Origin: Vicinamibacteria bacterium
Lineage (GTDB): Bacteria; Acidobacteriota; Vicinamibacteria; Marinacidobacterales; Marinacidobacteraceae
Assembly (NCBI GenBank): GCA_965215615.1
Contig: OZ244068.1
Span: forward strand, 1,568,850-1,632,849
Length of the DNA: 64,000 bases
Reading direction: 5' to 3'
Shown: one piece after another, positions 40,113 to 48,728 of the stretch
Position numbering within the stretch: position 1 is the stretch's first letter
Layout of the letters: the number at the start of each line of letters is the position of its first letter
The notes under the pieces: generated by a model
The model's database searches: none
Told to the model about the DNA's origin: nothing
The model's input: only the letters and a program-made list of their open reading frames with translations
Made by a program: the position numbers and the translations under genes

Positions 40113-41273
40113 ATGCCCACCGTCCGCACCGGACTCGACCGCCTCCCCGACCTCGGCGACCTGCTGCGCGGCCTGCGGGTCGGGCTGATCGCGAATCCCT
40201 CTTCGGTGGATGCCTCCTTCCGGCACGCCCGCGAGGTCGTCGGGGGGCTCCCCGGGGTCACCCTCGCCGTGCTCTTCGCCCCCGAGCACGGCTTCGACGC
40301 CGCCGAGCAGGATCTGATCGAAATCCCCGACGCAGCGGAGCGGATTCCGGTCCATAGCCTCTACGGCCCGGTCCGCCGGCCGACCGAGGCGATGCTCGAA
40401 GGGCTCGACGCGCTCGTTTTCGACATCCAGGACATCGGCTCCCGCTACTACACCTACGTCTGGACGATGGCCCACGCCATGGAAGCCTGCGCCGGGTTCG
40501 GCAAGCGCCTCGTGGTGCTGGACCGGCCCAACCCGATCGGCGGCGAAACAGTCGAGGGCAACGTCCTCCGGGACGACCACCGCTCCTTCGTCGGCCTCTA
40601 CCCCGTGCCCAACCGCCACGGAATGACCGCCGGCGAGATCGCGGCGCTCCTCAACCGCCACCACCGGATCGGGGCGGACCTCGTGGTGGTGGGCTGCGAC
40701 GGCTGGAACCGCGGGAGCTGGCTCGACGAGACCGGCCTCCCCTTCGTCCCGCCCTCGCCCAACATGCCCACTCTCGACACCGCGACCGTCTATCCGGGGG
40801 CGTGCCTCATCGAAGGGACCAACCTCTCCGAGGGCCGGGGGACCACCCGCCCGCTCGAAACCGTCGGAGCGCCCTGGATCGAGGCGACGCGCTACGCCGA
40901 CGCGCTGAACGAAGAGGGGCTCCCCGGTGTTCACTTCCGGCCGATCCGCTTCCGCCCCACCTTCCACAAGTTCGCGGACGAGGAGTGTGGCGGCGTGATG
41001 CAGCACGTGACCGACCGCGCGAGCTACCTCCCCTGCCGGAGCGCGATCGCGCTCCTCGCCCACGCCCGCCGCCTCTGGCCCGAGCCTTTCTGCTGGCGCG
41101 ACCCGCCCTACGAATACGAGTTCGAGAAGCTGCCGATCGACATCCTCGCCGGCTCGCCGGCGCTCCGCGAGGGCATCGAGCGCGGCGACAGCGTGGCCGA
41201 ACTCGCCGAAGTCATGACCGAGGGCCGGGAGCACTTCGACCCGGTGCGGAAGCAGTTCCTGCTCTACGAGTAA
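40113..41273 (+). CDS. DUF1343 / NamZ-like exo-beta-N-acetylmuramidase family protein
   Basis: 386 aa with GLIANPSSVD, LFAPEHGF, FDIQDIGSRYYTY, VLDRPNP and EGTNLSEGRGTTRP motifs characteristic of DUF1343. Confidence 0.85.
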   Translation: MPTVRTGLDRLPDLGDLLRGLRVGLIANPSSVDASFRHAREVVGGLPGVTLAVLFAPEHGFDAAEQDLIEIPDAAERIPVHSLYGPVRRPTEAMLEGLDALVFDIQDIGSRYYTYVWTMAHAMEACAGFGKRLVVLDRPNPIGGETVEGNVLRDDHRSFVGLYPVPNRHGMTAGEIAALLNRHHRIGADLVVVGCDGWNRGSWLDETGLPFVPPSPNMPTLDTATVYPGACLIEGTNLSEGRGTTRPLETVGAPWIEATRYADALNEEGLPGVHFRPIRFRPTFHKFADEECGGVMQHVTDRASYLPCRSAIALLAHARRLWPEPFCWRDPPYEYEFEKLPIDILAGSPALREGIERGDSVAELAEVMTEGREHFDPVRKQFLLYE

Positions 41274-41299
41274 AACTCCCGGATAAAAATCCCGGAACC

Positions 41300-42625
41300 A
41301 TGTCCATCGCCCGTCGCAAATTCCTGAAACAGATCGCTTCCGCCGGTGGGGGTGCCGCGGTCACCCCGTCGCTCTTCGGGCTGGTCGCCTTCGGGGCCTC
41401 CCGGGATTCCTTCGACGGGAACTACGGCGAGCTCGTGAGCAGCCCGGACTGCCCCGAGCTCGATATTCCCGAGGGCTATCGCTGCCTCCGCCTCAGCTCG
41501 GGAGGCGTGGCATCCTCCGTCCGGGACGGCCTGCTGGTTCCGAACGCCTTCGACGGCATGGCTGCGTTTCCCCTGCCGAACGGCAACGTCCGCCTGATCC
41601 GCAACCACGAGATGGTCGATTCTGCCGAAACCGGCATCCCCATCGGAGACCCGCACTACGACAGCCGGGCAAGCGGGGGGACCACCTCGCTCGAAGTCCG
41701 GATTTCGGAGCGGGGCGACGGGGAACTCGCCGTGGAACTCGTGGACGAGTTCGTCTCGCTGGCGGGAACGCTCGTCAACTGCGCCGGCGGCCCCACCCCC
41801 TGGGGAAGCTGGCTCTCGTGCGAGGAAACCCTCGAAGGCCCCGATTCGGGCTACGCCGAGCCCCACGGGTACATCTTCGAGGTGCCGGTGGAGGCCACGG
41901 GGCCGGTGGATCCGGTTCCGCTCCGCGCCATGGGGCGCTTCGTGCATGAAGCCATCGCGGTGGACCCGGCGACCGGGGTCGTCTATCTGACCGAGGACCG
42001 GCCGAGCGCGGGCTTTTATCGCTTCCTCCCCGAAACCCCCGGAGTGCTCGCGGAAGGGGGCCGCCTTCAGATGCTGGCGGTGGCGGGAGAACCCCGTTTC
42101 GACACGAGCCGGGGCCGGAAGCAGGGAGCCGTGTGGCCCGCACACTGGGTGGATATCGAAGACCCCGATCAGGCGGTCTCCGAGCAGGGTTTCGCGGCGG
42201 GCGCGGCGCGGTTCAGGCGGCTCGAAGGTGCCTTTCCCGGCGACGACGGCATCTATTTCGTCTCCACGAGCGGAGGAGATGCCGAGGTCGGACAGGTCTT
42301 CCACTACCTCCCGACCTCGGCCAATCGGGGAGAGTTGCGACTGGTCTTCGAGTCCCCTTCGCCCGATGTCCTGAACGGCCCCGACAACATCGTGCTGAGT
42401 CCCCACGGCGGGCTCCTGCTGTGCGAGGACCCGGACTCCGAAGAGAGATACCTCCGGGAGCTCGACCGGGAAGGACAGATCCGGAATCTCGTCTGGACCC
42501 GCAAGAGCGAATTCGCGGGCTCGTGCTTCAGTCCGGACGACCGGGTGCTCTTCTTCAACGTCCAGGGTTCCTCGCGCCAGGACGGAACCATGGAGAGCGG
42601 CACCTACGCGCTCTGGAAGTTGTAG
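41300..42625 (+). CDS. Tat-exported DUF839 / PhoX-like phosphatase family protein
   Basis: ATG at 41300 inside ORF 40802..42625. Twin-Arg signal SIARRKFLKQIA. NHE, NCAGG.TPWG.WL.CEE, GYIFEV, GRF.HEA and P.DN motifs are as in PhoX/DUF839 propellers. Confidence 0.75.
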   Translation: MSIARRKFLKQIASAGGGAAVTPSLFGLVAFGASRDSFDGNYGELVSSPDCPELDIPEGYRCLRLSSGGVASSVRDGLLVPNAFDGMAAFPLPNGNVRLIRNHEMVDSAETGIPIGDPHYDSRASGGTTSLEVRISERGDGELAVELVDEFVSLAGTLVNCAGGPTPWGSWLSCEETLEGPDSGYAEPHGYIFEVPVEATGPVDPVPLRAMGRFVHEAIAVDPATGVVYLTEDRPSAGFYRFLPETPGVLAEGGRLQMLAVAGEPRFDTSRGRKQGAVWPAHWVDIEDPDQAVSEQGFAAGAARFRRLEGAFPGDDGIYFVSTSGGDAEVGQVFHYLPTSANRGELRLVFESPSPDVLNGPDNIVLSPHGGLLLCEDPDSEERYLRELDREGQIRNLVWTRKSEFAGSCFSPDDRVLFFNVQGSSRQDGTMESGTYALWKL

Positions 42626-42639
42626 CTCGCTCCCCGCGG

Positions 42640-43080
42640 CTACCGGAGATCCCAGCCGGGGAGAGTGGCGGCCTGCTCCACCCACGCCGCCATCTGTTCT
42701 TCGTCGAATCCGGGCGTGAGATCCGCCCAGCGCGCATCGGGGTCCTTGCCCGAACCGGATGGCGGCGGAAGGAGCGACGCGCCGCGGAAGAAAGTGACCC
42801 GCACCGCCCGCGTGAGGCAGTGGACACTCAGGAAGTAGCCGCGCCCCTCCACCCCGTAGAACGGCGAGTTCCAGCGCACCGCTTTCCGCACGCCGGGGAC
42901 CACGCGCACCACGATCGCGTCGATCCGCCGCCCGACCACTCCCTTCCACTCCGGCATCGCCGCCAGATACGCCGCGACCGGTGCTTCGCCGTCCCCCTTC
43001 GGGATTTGCGGGTTCCCGCCGGCGAGGAGCCTCGGTTTCGTAACGAGCCCGGAGTATGAGTCCAAGGGGCGATCTTCCAA
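42640..43080 (-). CDS. DUF1801 (YdhG-like) domain protein
   Basis: 146 aa. ..V..Y......W.......D..V...VPGV.KAV+WN.P.YG..G.G.F.S......V.V.F..G..L is the DUF1801 pattern as I recall it. Confidence 0.65.
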   Translation of the reverse strand: MEDRPLDSYSGLVTKPRLLAGGNPQIPKGDGEAPVAAYLAAMPEWKGVVGRRIDAIVVRVVPGVRKAVRWNSPFYGVEGRGYFLSVHCLTRAVRVTFFRGASLLPPPSGSGKDPDARWADLTPGFDEEQMAAWVEQAATLPGWDLR

Positions 43081-43096
43081 TTTACGCTAGAGTGGC

Positions 43097-43393
43097 GTGA
43101 TGATTCACGCTAGTATTACCGAAGCGCGGAACCGGTTCAGTCGCCTGCTCCGCTCGGTGCGGCGCGGCGAGACTGTCCTCATCACCGATCATGGAAGTCC
43201 GGTCGCACGGATCGAGCCCTGTAGCGGGCAATCCGATGATGACTGGATCGCGGACCGGGTCGCCCGCGGCATCGTGCGCCCACCGAAAGGTCGCCTTGAT
43301 GTGGAAGCTCTCCTCGCGAGACCAACGCCCCGCCTGCCCGATAGCGTGAGCGCGAGCGATGCGGTGACCGCGGACCGTGAGGAGTCCTGGTGA
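43097..43393 (+). CDS. Phd/YefM-type antitoxin
   Basis: 98 aa (GTG 43097 or ATG 43100). ITEARNRFSRLLRSVRRGETVLITDHGSPVARIEP. 4-nt overlap (GTGA) with the PIN gene. Confidence 0.75.
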   Translation: MMIHASITEARNRFSRLLRSVRRGETVLITDHGSPVARIEPCSGQSDDDWIADRVARGIVRPPKGRLDVEALLARPTPRLPDSVSASDAVTADREESW

Positions 43394-43809
43394 AGTACTG
43401 GGACTCTTCTGCCCTGGTCCCCCTCCTGACGAAAGAAAAAGGAACGGATATCCGGCGCTCCCTCCTGCGTCAGGATCCGGGTGTCGTCACATGGTGGGGC
43501 AGCTCGGTCGAGTGCGTTTCCGCGCTTCGCCGCCTCGAAAGGGAGCAAAAGCTGGACGCTCCTGGAGTTGCGGCGGCCTCGGAAGTCCTGATCCATCTGG
43601 AATCCGCCTGGATCGAGGTCGAGCCGTCTGCCCGCCTCCGGCTTCGAGCCCGGCGTCTCCTCGGGGTGCATCCCCTTCGTGCCGCCGATGCCCTGCAACT
43701 GGCCGCGGCGCTCGTCGCCGCCGGGGAAGATCCGGGGATCTTGCACTTCGTCTCGGGGGACATCCGTCTTTCCGAAGCCGCCGCGCGCGAAGGATTCACG
43801 GTCCTCTGA
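43390..43809 (+). CDS. vapC: PIN-domain toxin VapC
   Basis: 139 aa with YWDSSALVPLL (Asp1), SVECVSAL (Glu) and LRAADALQLAAAL (Asp3). The C-terminal region FVSGDIRL is partly atypical. Confidence 0.78.
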   Translation: MKYWDSSALVPLLTKEKGTDIRRSLLRQDPGVVTWWGSSVECVSALRRLEREQKLDAPGVAAASEVLIHLESAWIEVEPSARLRLRARRLLGVHPLRAADALQLAAALVAAGEDPGILHFVSGDIRLSEAAAREGFTVL

Positions 43810-43849
43810 GCACCCCGTGCGGGCGTACACTCGCGCCGTGACAACATAC

Positions 43850-44260
43850 CAAAACTTACGACCCGCAACGCCTTCAACGGGTTACGCACACTTGATCTCG
43901 AAACTTCGGACTAGCAGGCTGTGGAAAAACTAACGCGGCATTCGACGAGCGATGCATCCCGTCTGAACGCTCGCCTGGAGGCTCGCTCTTCGTTGCGATT
44001 CGCTCGAAATAGCGCTGCTATTGCTCACTCACGCGCCTTGTCAGCCGGGCGCCTCACCCGTCTCGGTGCTCACGCCAGTTTATCCACAGCCTGCTAGGGA
44101 AACGGCAGCCCATCTGATCCCGAATGGGGAAATCCGGTCGCACCTGTAGCGGAGGACAATCCGACATGACTGGACCACGGATCGGATCGCCCGCGTCTGA
44201 AGTGGACCCCAATTCCTGGACAGGTGTACTGACGAGAGTTCAGAGGGGTCAAGCCCGCCG
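43850..44260 (+). pseudogene. decayed paralog of the 43097..43393 Phd-type antitoxin, split by MITE copy 2
   Basis: Left of the MITE, ..LTTRNAFNGLRTL.. resembles ITEARNRFSRLL. Right of it, the DNA ggtcgcac..ctgtagcgg..aatccga..atgactgga..ggatcgcccgcg parallels 43202-43270 of the intact gene (..PVAR..CSGQSDDDW..DRVAR..) but carries in-frame stops and frame shifts. Boundaries are approximate. Confidence 0.4.
43915..44093 (+). mobile_element. 179-bp MITE, copy 2
   Basis: CAGGCTGTGGAAAAACTAACGCGG ... CACGCCAGTTTATCCACAGCCTG, flanked by a perfect 4-bp direct repeat CTAG (43911-43914 and 44094-44097). About 96% identical to copy 1. Confidence 0.85.
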
Positions 44261-44368
44261 TGGGCAGGTGTTCACCCGGAGCGGCGTTGCGAGGTCCTGC
44301 CAGGCCCGAATTGTTCGTTATCCGGACCGGGAAACTGTCGAGGGGGATGGGGGCCACCTCACATGCCG

Positions 44369-44755
44369 TCACGCGGCTTCTATGTCTGTGCGGGCGAAAT
44401 CGTTTCCCTTGAACAGAAGCGGCTCCCGCATGACATCCGCGAGCGCATAAGCGAAGCAATCTCCGAAGTTCAGTCCTGCCGGGTGGTTCCCCTTCCCGAA
44501 CCGCCTGAAGGCGTACCTGGCGGCGACGAGTTGTTCCACGGTCACCGGAACCATTTCGAGCTCCACCCGATCCACGAGTCGCTCGAACTCCGCCCCGGCG
44601 GCCAGCCCACCCCGGCTCTCCGTAACCATCGTGACCTCGAGCGCGTTCACGACCGACATGCGCCGCTTTGGCGAGGCGGTAAGCGCGGTCTCATAGCGCG
44701 ACGAATCCGGCTCCTTGCCCAGGATCGCGAGAATCACCGAACTGTCCACGATCAC
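44369..44755 (-). CDS. vapC: PIN-domain toxin VapC (FitB-like)
   Basis: 128 aa with MIVDSSVILAIL (Asp1), ALEVTMV (Glu), NFGDCFAYALA (Asp3) and LFKGNDF (Asp4). Confidence 0.85.
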   Translation of the reverse strand: MIVDSSVILAILGKEPDSSRYETALTASPKRRMSVVNALEVTMVTESRGGLAAGAEFERLVDRVELEMVPVTVEQLVAARYAFRRFGKGNHPAGLNFGDCFAYALADVMREPLLFKGNDFARTDIEAA

Positions 44756-45024
44756 TTGGGAAGTCCCCGCTCGTCATAAAGCCATGCACCGTGATCGGTG
44801 GAGCCTGGTCCGGGATTCATGAGGCTCGCGCAACGCTCCGCGATGGAACGGATGTCCTCGAGCAGTCTCTCTCCCTCCTGCTCCCGGCACACGCGCTCCA
44901 GCCTTTCGCTCAAGGCTCGGGTGACGGCTTCCACCTTGGTTTCCCCGGTCCGTTCGGCGAGCTCGGCAGCGAGCCGGCACGTCTCCTCGCGTTTGATGTT
45001 CAAGCCCACGGCAACTTTTTCCAT
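44752..45024 (-). CDS. vapB: VapB-type antitoxin (Rv0623-like)
   Basis: 90 aa. LNIKREETCRLAAELAERTGETKVEAVTRALSERLERV is the pattern of the Rv0623/PSK-type antitoxins. 4-nt overlap with vapC. Confidence 0.7.
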   Translation of the reverse strand: MEKVAVGLNIKREETCRLAAELAERTGETKVEAVTRALSERLERVCREQEGERLLEDIRSIAERCASLMNPGPGSTDHGAWLYDERGLPK

Positions 45025-45051
45025 AGCAGGGTAGAAACAAGAGAGACCATT

Positions 45052-45412
45052 CTACCCACACCTGTGCGCCGACGCGTCAGGAATCGGTCCGTTCGCCCGG
45101 AACTCCCAGGGGTTGATGAGCTCGATGTCGAGGCCTTCGAAGTGGCGGAGGTTCCGGGTAGCGAGCGGGAGGCCTTCGGTGCGGGCAGTGGCGGCGATCA
45201 GCGCGTCCGCGATCGTGACCCTTCGCCCCGCGCCCGTTCCCCTTCGGCCCGAATGCGCGCCCCCTCACCCGCCCGGGTGTCATCCACGTCCAGGATCCGG
45301 TCGCGGAAAATACGGGAGAGATCGCGGACGAACCGGCTCAGCCGATCCCGCTTCCGGCCGATCGGCAACCGGGCGAATCCGTACTCGAGCTCGTGCAGCA
45401 CGACCACCGAAA
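45052..45412 (-). pseudogene. 5'-truncated and frameshifted vapC (PIN) remnant
   Basis: The tail of ORF 45198..45848 reads ..ISVVVLHELEYGFARLPIGRKRDRLSRFVRDLSRIFRDRILDVDDTRAGEGARIRAEGERA. After a one-base shift near 45215-45235 (G/C run), a third frame reads RRVTIADALIAATARTEGLPLATRNLRHFEGLDIELINPW.., with its stop at 45054..45052. The first about 40 PIN codons (with the Asp1 motif) are absent because the HAD gene ends at 45413. Confidence 0.55.
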
Positions 45413-46138
45413 TCAGAGCTTCCGGTTCACCGCCGCCGCCATTTCGGCGAGCGAGAAGAAGGTGAAGTCGGTTTCCGGCGGGTTCTCCACCGGAGAGGTC
45501 GCCCCCCAGCTCCCGCCTTCCGAGAGCCGCTGCCGGTCGATCCAGGCGGTCGCGAGGCCCATCCGTTTCGCCGGCGCGTGGTCGTGGTGGAGGCTCTGGG
45601 CGGTATGGAGAACATCCCCACGACCGAGCCCGAAGTCCGACCGCAGGTGGTCGAGCAGGTAGCGGAAATTCCGGTCGGAGGGCTTGTAGGAACCGATCTC
45701 CTCCGCGGTGTACGCGGCATCGAAGCGCACCCCCAGCTTGCGGATCGAGGCCGCGATCCCTTCCCGGTGGACATTCGAGAGGATGACCAGCCGGTAGTGG
45801 CGGCCGAGCGCCCGCAGCGCGTCGGTGCTGTCCGGAAACGCCGGCCAACGGGCGACCGAATTCCCGAACGCGGCATCCAGCCTGTCCTCGCTTTGGAGCC
45901 CGAAACCGGCCGCGAGATCGCGGTGCACGCGGGCCAGCAGCTCCGGATAGCGGAGTCCCGGATGCTCCCGCTCGTTCCGGCTTTCGGCGGCGGCGAAGGC
46001 GCGAAGCGCTGCATCCCGGGTCACCGCCTTCTCCCCGAGCAACGGCTGAAGCGCCTCCCAGATGCCGCTCTCCCAGTCGATCAGGGTGCCGTAGCAGTCG
46101 AAGGTGAGGACCCGGTAGTCCGAAAGGGGCTTCTTCAT
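45413..46138 (-). CDS. HAD-superfamily hydrolase, haloacid dehalogenase type II-like
   Basis: 241 aa with LTFDCYGTLIDW (DxYGT motif I), ILSNV (motif II) and SYKP..RNF.. plus HDH..A (motifs III/IV). Confidence 0.88.
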   Translation of the reverse strand: MKKPLSDYRVLTFDCYGTLIDWESGIWEALQPLLGEKAVTRDAALRAFAAAESRNEREHPGLRYPELLARVHRDLAAGFGLQSEDRLDAAFGNSVARWPAFPDSTDALRALGRHYRLVILSNVHREGIAASIRKLGVRFDAAYTAEEIGSYKPSDRNFRYLLDHLRSDFGLGRGDVLHTAQSLHHDHAPAKRMGLATAWIDRQRLSEGGSWGATSPVENPPETDFTFFSLAEMAAAVNRKL

Positions 46139-46283
46139 TCCGGGTCCGGCAGATATCGCTTCGGGACTTCAGCTCCGGGATGCAGCGAAACTCCTGAGTC
46201 GTCGCTCGACCATGGACTGCCCCTCGATGACACCGGGGAGGGTACCGGAACCGGCCCTGGCAGCATTACGGTATTATGGTCTT

Positions 46284-46577
46284 ATGCCAGCAAGGAAGAT
46301 GACCTTCAGTCTGGACGAGGAAACGGCGGAGCACATCACCGCGCTCGGGCGCGAGCTCGACAAGCCCAAGAGCGCCATCGTGCGCGAGGCGGTCGCGGTC
46401 TATCGGAAACACTCGGACCGGGTCAGCGAGGCGGAGCGGCGGGAGCGGGTTCGCATCTTTCGTGAGTTCCTCGAAAAGATCCCCCCGGCGGATTCGCACG
46501 AAGCCGCCGAAGCGGAATTGCGTGAAATTCGCCTCGCCCGCCGAAGCGGTGGACGGCGCACTCCGGTGGAGCCGTGA
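46284..46577 (+). CDS. vapB: CopG/RHH antitoxin (VapB-type)
   Basis: Internal ATG of ORF 46212..46577. KMTFSLDEETAEHITALGRELDKPKSAIVREAVAVY is an RHH fold. 4-nt overlap (GTGA) with the PIN gene. Confidence 0.7.
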   Translation: MPARKMTFSLDEETAEHITALGRELDKPKSAIVREAVAVYRKHSDRVSEAERRERVRIFREFLEKIPPADSHEAAEAELREIRLARRSGGRRTPVEP

Positions 46578-46990
46578 TCTTTCTCGACACCTCCGTTCTC
46601 GTGGATGCGCTGACCGGGACCCGGCCGCTCGCCCCTGTCCTGATCCGGGTCCTTTTTTCGGAGGATTCGATCCGCGTCCCTACCCTCGTCCTCTACGAGT
46701 GGTGGCGCGGCCCAAGAGCCCCGAGCGAACTCGAAGCCCAGCGACTCCTGTTCCCCGAGAACCGGGCGGTCCGGTTCGGGCCGCGGGAGGCGCGGGTCGC
46801 GGCGGGCCTCTACCAGACGCTCGAACGGGCCCGCGGCAGGGAGATGGACATCGCGATCGCCGCCTGCGCCATCGCGGCCGACGCCGAGCTCTGGACGCAG
46901 AACCGGAGCGACTTCGCGGACATCCCGAAACTCACGCTGTTCGATCCGGCTCAGCTCCCCGGGGCCACCCGCCAGAAGTGGGCCCGGTAG
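46574..46990 (+). CDS. vapC: PIN-domain toxin VapC
   Basis: 138 aa with IFLDTSVLVDAL (Asp1), LVLYEWW (Glu), EMDIAIAACAI (Asp3) and LWTQNRSDF (Asp4). Confidence 0.85.
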   Translation: MIFLDTSVLVDALTGTRPLAPVLIRVLFSEDSIRVPTLVLYEWWRGPRAPSELEAQRLLFPENRAVRFGPREARVAAGLYQTLERARGREMDIAIAACAIAADAELWTQNRSDFADIPKLTLFDPAQLPGATRQKWAR

Positions 46991-48687
46991 CTGAACACCG
47001 CGAACGCGATCCGCTCTCCGTCGGGGGACCAGGCCGGCTGGGTCTTGTGGGTGGGGTCGCTCGTGACCTGCGCCGGCTCGCCGCCTTCGACCGGAACCCG
47101 GAAGACCTGGAAGAAGCCGTCCGGAGCCCGGTCCACGTATGCGACGTGGCGGCCGTCCGGAGATATCCCGATCCCGGAGTGGATCTGGTCCGACCGGTAG
47201 CGGTGGAACTGCACGGGAGCACCCCCTTCCCGCGGAACCGTCCAGAGGCTCTTGTCTCCGACCGCCGCCGCCGACTCGAAGACGAGCGTCTCGCCCCGGT
47301 CCGCCCACTCTGCCTGGATCACGTCCCCCGAGAACCCGGAGAGCGGAACCTCCCGCTGGGGAGCCGTGACTTCGCCGGTCTCCTGATCCACTCCGATCAC
47401 GTAGAGACCGCCGCGCCGCGCCCCGTTTTCCTCCCGGCGGTAGCTCGGAAAGACGATGAAGCGACCATCCGGGGACCAGCGCGCCCAACCGGTCTCGTGG
47501 CCGTCCACGCTGATCGGGCGCGGGTCGCTTCCGTCCGCCGTCATCAACCAGATGTCATCGGAATCCTCGTGGGTATGGAAGACGACGAAGCGGCCGTTCG
47601 GCGACCACTGCATCCCCTGATCCTCCGAATACGAGCGGCGCATCACCCGGTGCGGCGCGGCGTGCGGCCCGCCTTGCGCCGGAGTCGTCCCGAGGTGCTG
47701 GGCGATATCCGGATAGTGGATGTCATCCGTGACATGCCGCCACGACCCGAAGGTGAACGCGACTTCGCTGCCGTCCGGGCTGAAGGTGGGAGTCTCCGAC
47801 TGGAAGGTGGTCAGCGGGACCGACGGCCCGCCCGCCGCCGGCGCGGTCGCGAGAAACACCCGATAGTCCTGGCTCTTGAAGACGAGCGAGTCCCCGCCGA
47901 CCGAAGGGTCGTAGGCATCCCGGGCGAACCCGGTCAGCCGTCGCGGCGTGCCCCCGGAAACCGGGCGGCTCCACAGATCGAGGAACCCTCCTTCTCCCGG
48001 GACCGCGTAGATCACCGAATCCCCGAAGAACACGAACCGGCCGTGGACTTCCTGCCCGGTGATGAGCTCCGGGCCACCACAGGGAAGATGCAGCCGATGG
48101 CCTTCGAGGCAGCCGAGCTCGCCGGAGGGCGTCCAGCCCGGGTACGCAAGATCTCCGGTCGCGACCGCAACCGGGTTGCCCCCATCCGCGTCGAGAATCC
48201 ACACGGTGGACTCCTCATCCGTGCTCACCCCGGCGATCCGGGCGGCATCCGGCGAAAAGACGAGCTGGTCCAGATCTTCGGCCCGTGGCACGGCATCCGC
48301 CGGACGATCGGGCCAGAAGCGGCTCCGCTCCCCTTCCCGGTCATGGACCCACCACTCGAAGCGGCTGCGGTCGAAGACCCCTTCGCGGACGAGTACCCGC
48401 CGGCTGTCCGGAAACCAGACCAGATACCGGATGGACGCGGTTCCCGGACCGACGAGACGCGAAGCGCCGCCTTCGGCCGGGGCGAAAAGGATGCGGCCGC
48501 GCTCGAGGGTGGCAAGCCACCGGCCATCCGGCGAAATCGCCCCCACCGGATCCCGGTACGCCACCGGGCCTGCCTGATCGGCGGTCAGGAGATAGTGGAG
48601 CGCGGGCGGCTCCTCGGGCTGCGAAACGCAGGCGGCGAGCAGGACGATGGGCAGGACGATGGGCAGGAAACGGCGCATGGAGCTCAT
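46951..48687 (-). CDS. lipoprotein with TolB-like (PD40) beta-propeller repeats
   Basis: 578 aa, lipobox LLAAC, many SPDG(R/S).(V/I)(A/V)F repeats. The 3' end overlaps the convergent vapC by 40 nt. Confidence 0.75.
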   Translation of the reverse strand: MSSMRRFLPIVLPIVLLAACVSQPEEPPALHYLLTADQAGPVAYRDPVGAISPDGRWLATLERGRILFAPAEGGASRLVGPGTASIRYLVWFPDSRRVLVREGVFDRSRFEWWVHDREGERSRFWPDRPADAVPRAEDLDQLVFSPDAARIAGVSTDEESTVWILDADGGNPVAVATGDLAYPGWTPSGELGCLEGHRLHLPCGGPELITGQEVHGRFVFFGDSVIYAVPGEGGFLDLWSRPVSGGTPRRLTGFARDAYDPSVGGDSLVFKSQDYRVFLATAPAAGGPSVPLTTFQSETPTFSPDGSEVAFTFGSWRHVTDDIHYPDIAQHLGTTPAQGGPHAAPHRVMRRSYSEDQGMQWSPNGRFVVFHTHEDSDDIWLMTADGSDPRPISVDGHETGWARWSPDGRFIVFPSYRREENGARRGGLYVIGVDQETGEVTAPQREVPLSGFSGDVIQAEWADRGETLVFESAAAVGDKSLWTVPREGGAPVQFHRYRSDQIHSGIGISPDGRHVAYVDRAPDGFFQVFRVPVEGGEPAQVTSDPTHKTQPAWSPDGERIAFAVFSYRAHFWRVAPGS

Positions 48688-48728
48688 CCTATGGCTAACA
48701 TCGGCTCCTCGACCCGAGGAGGACGGCC

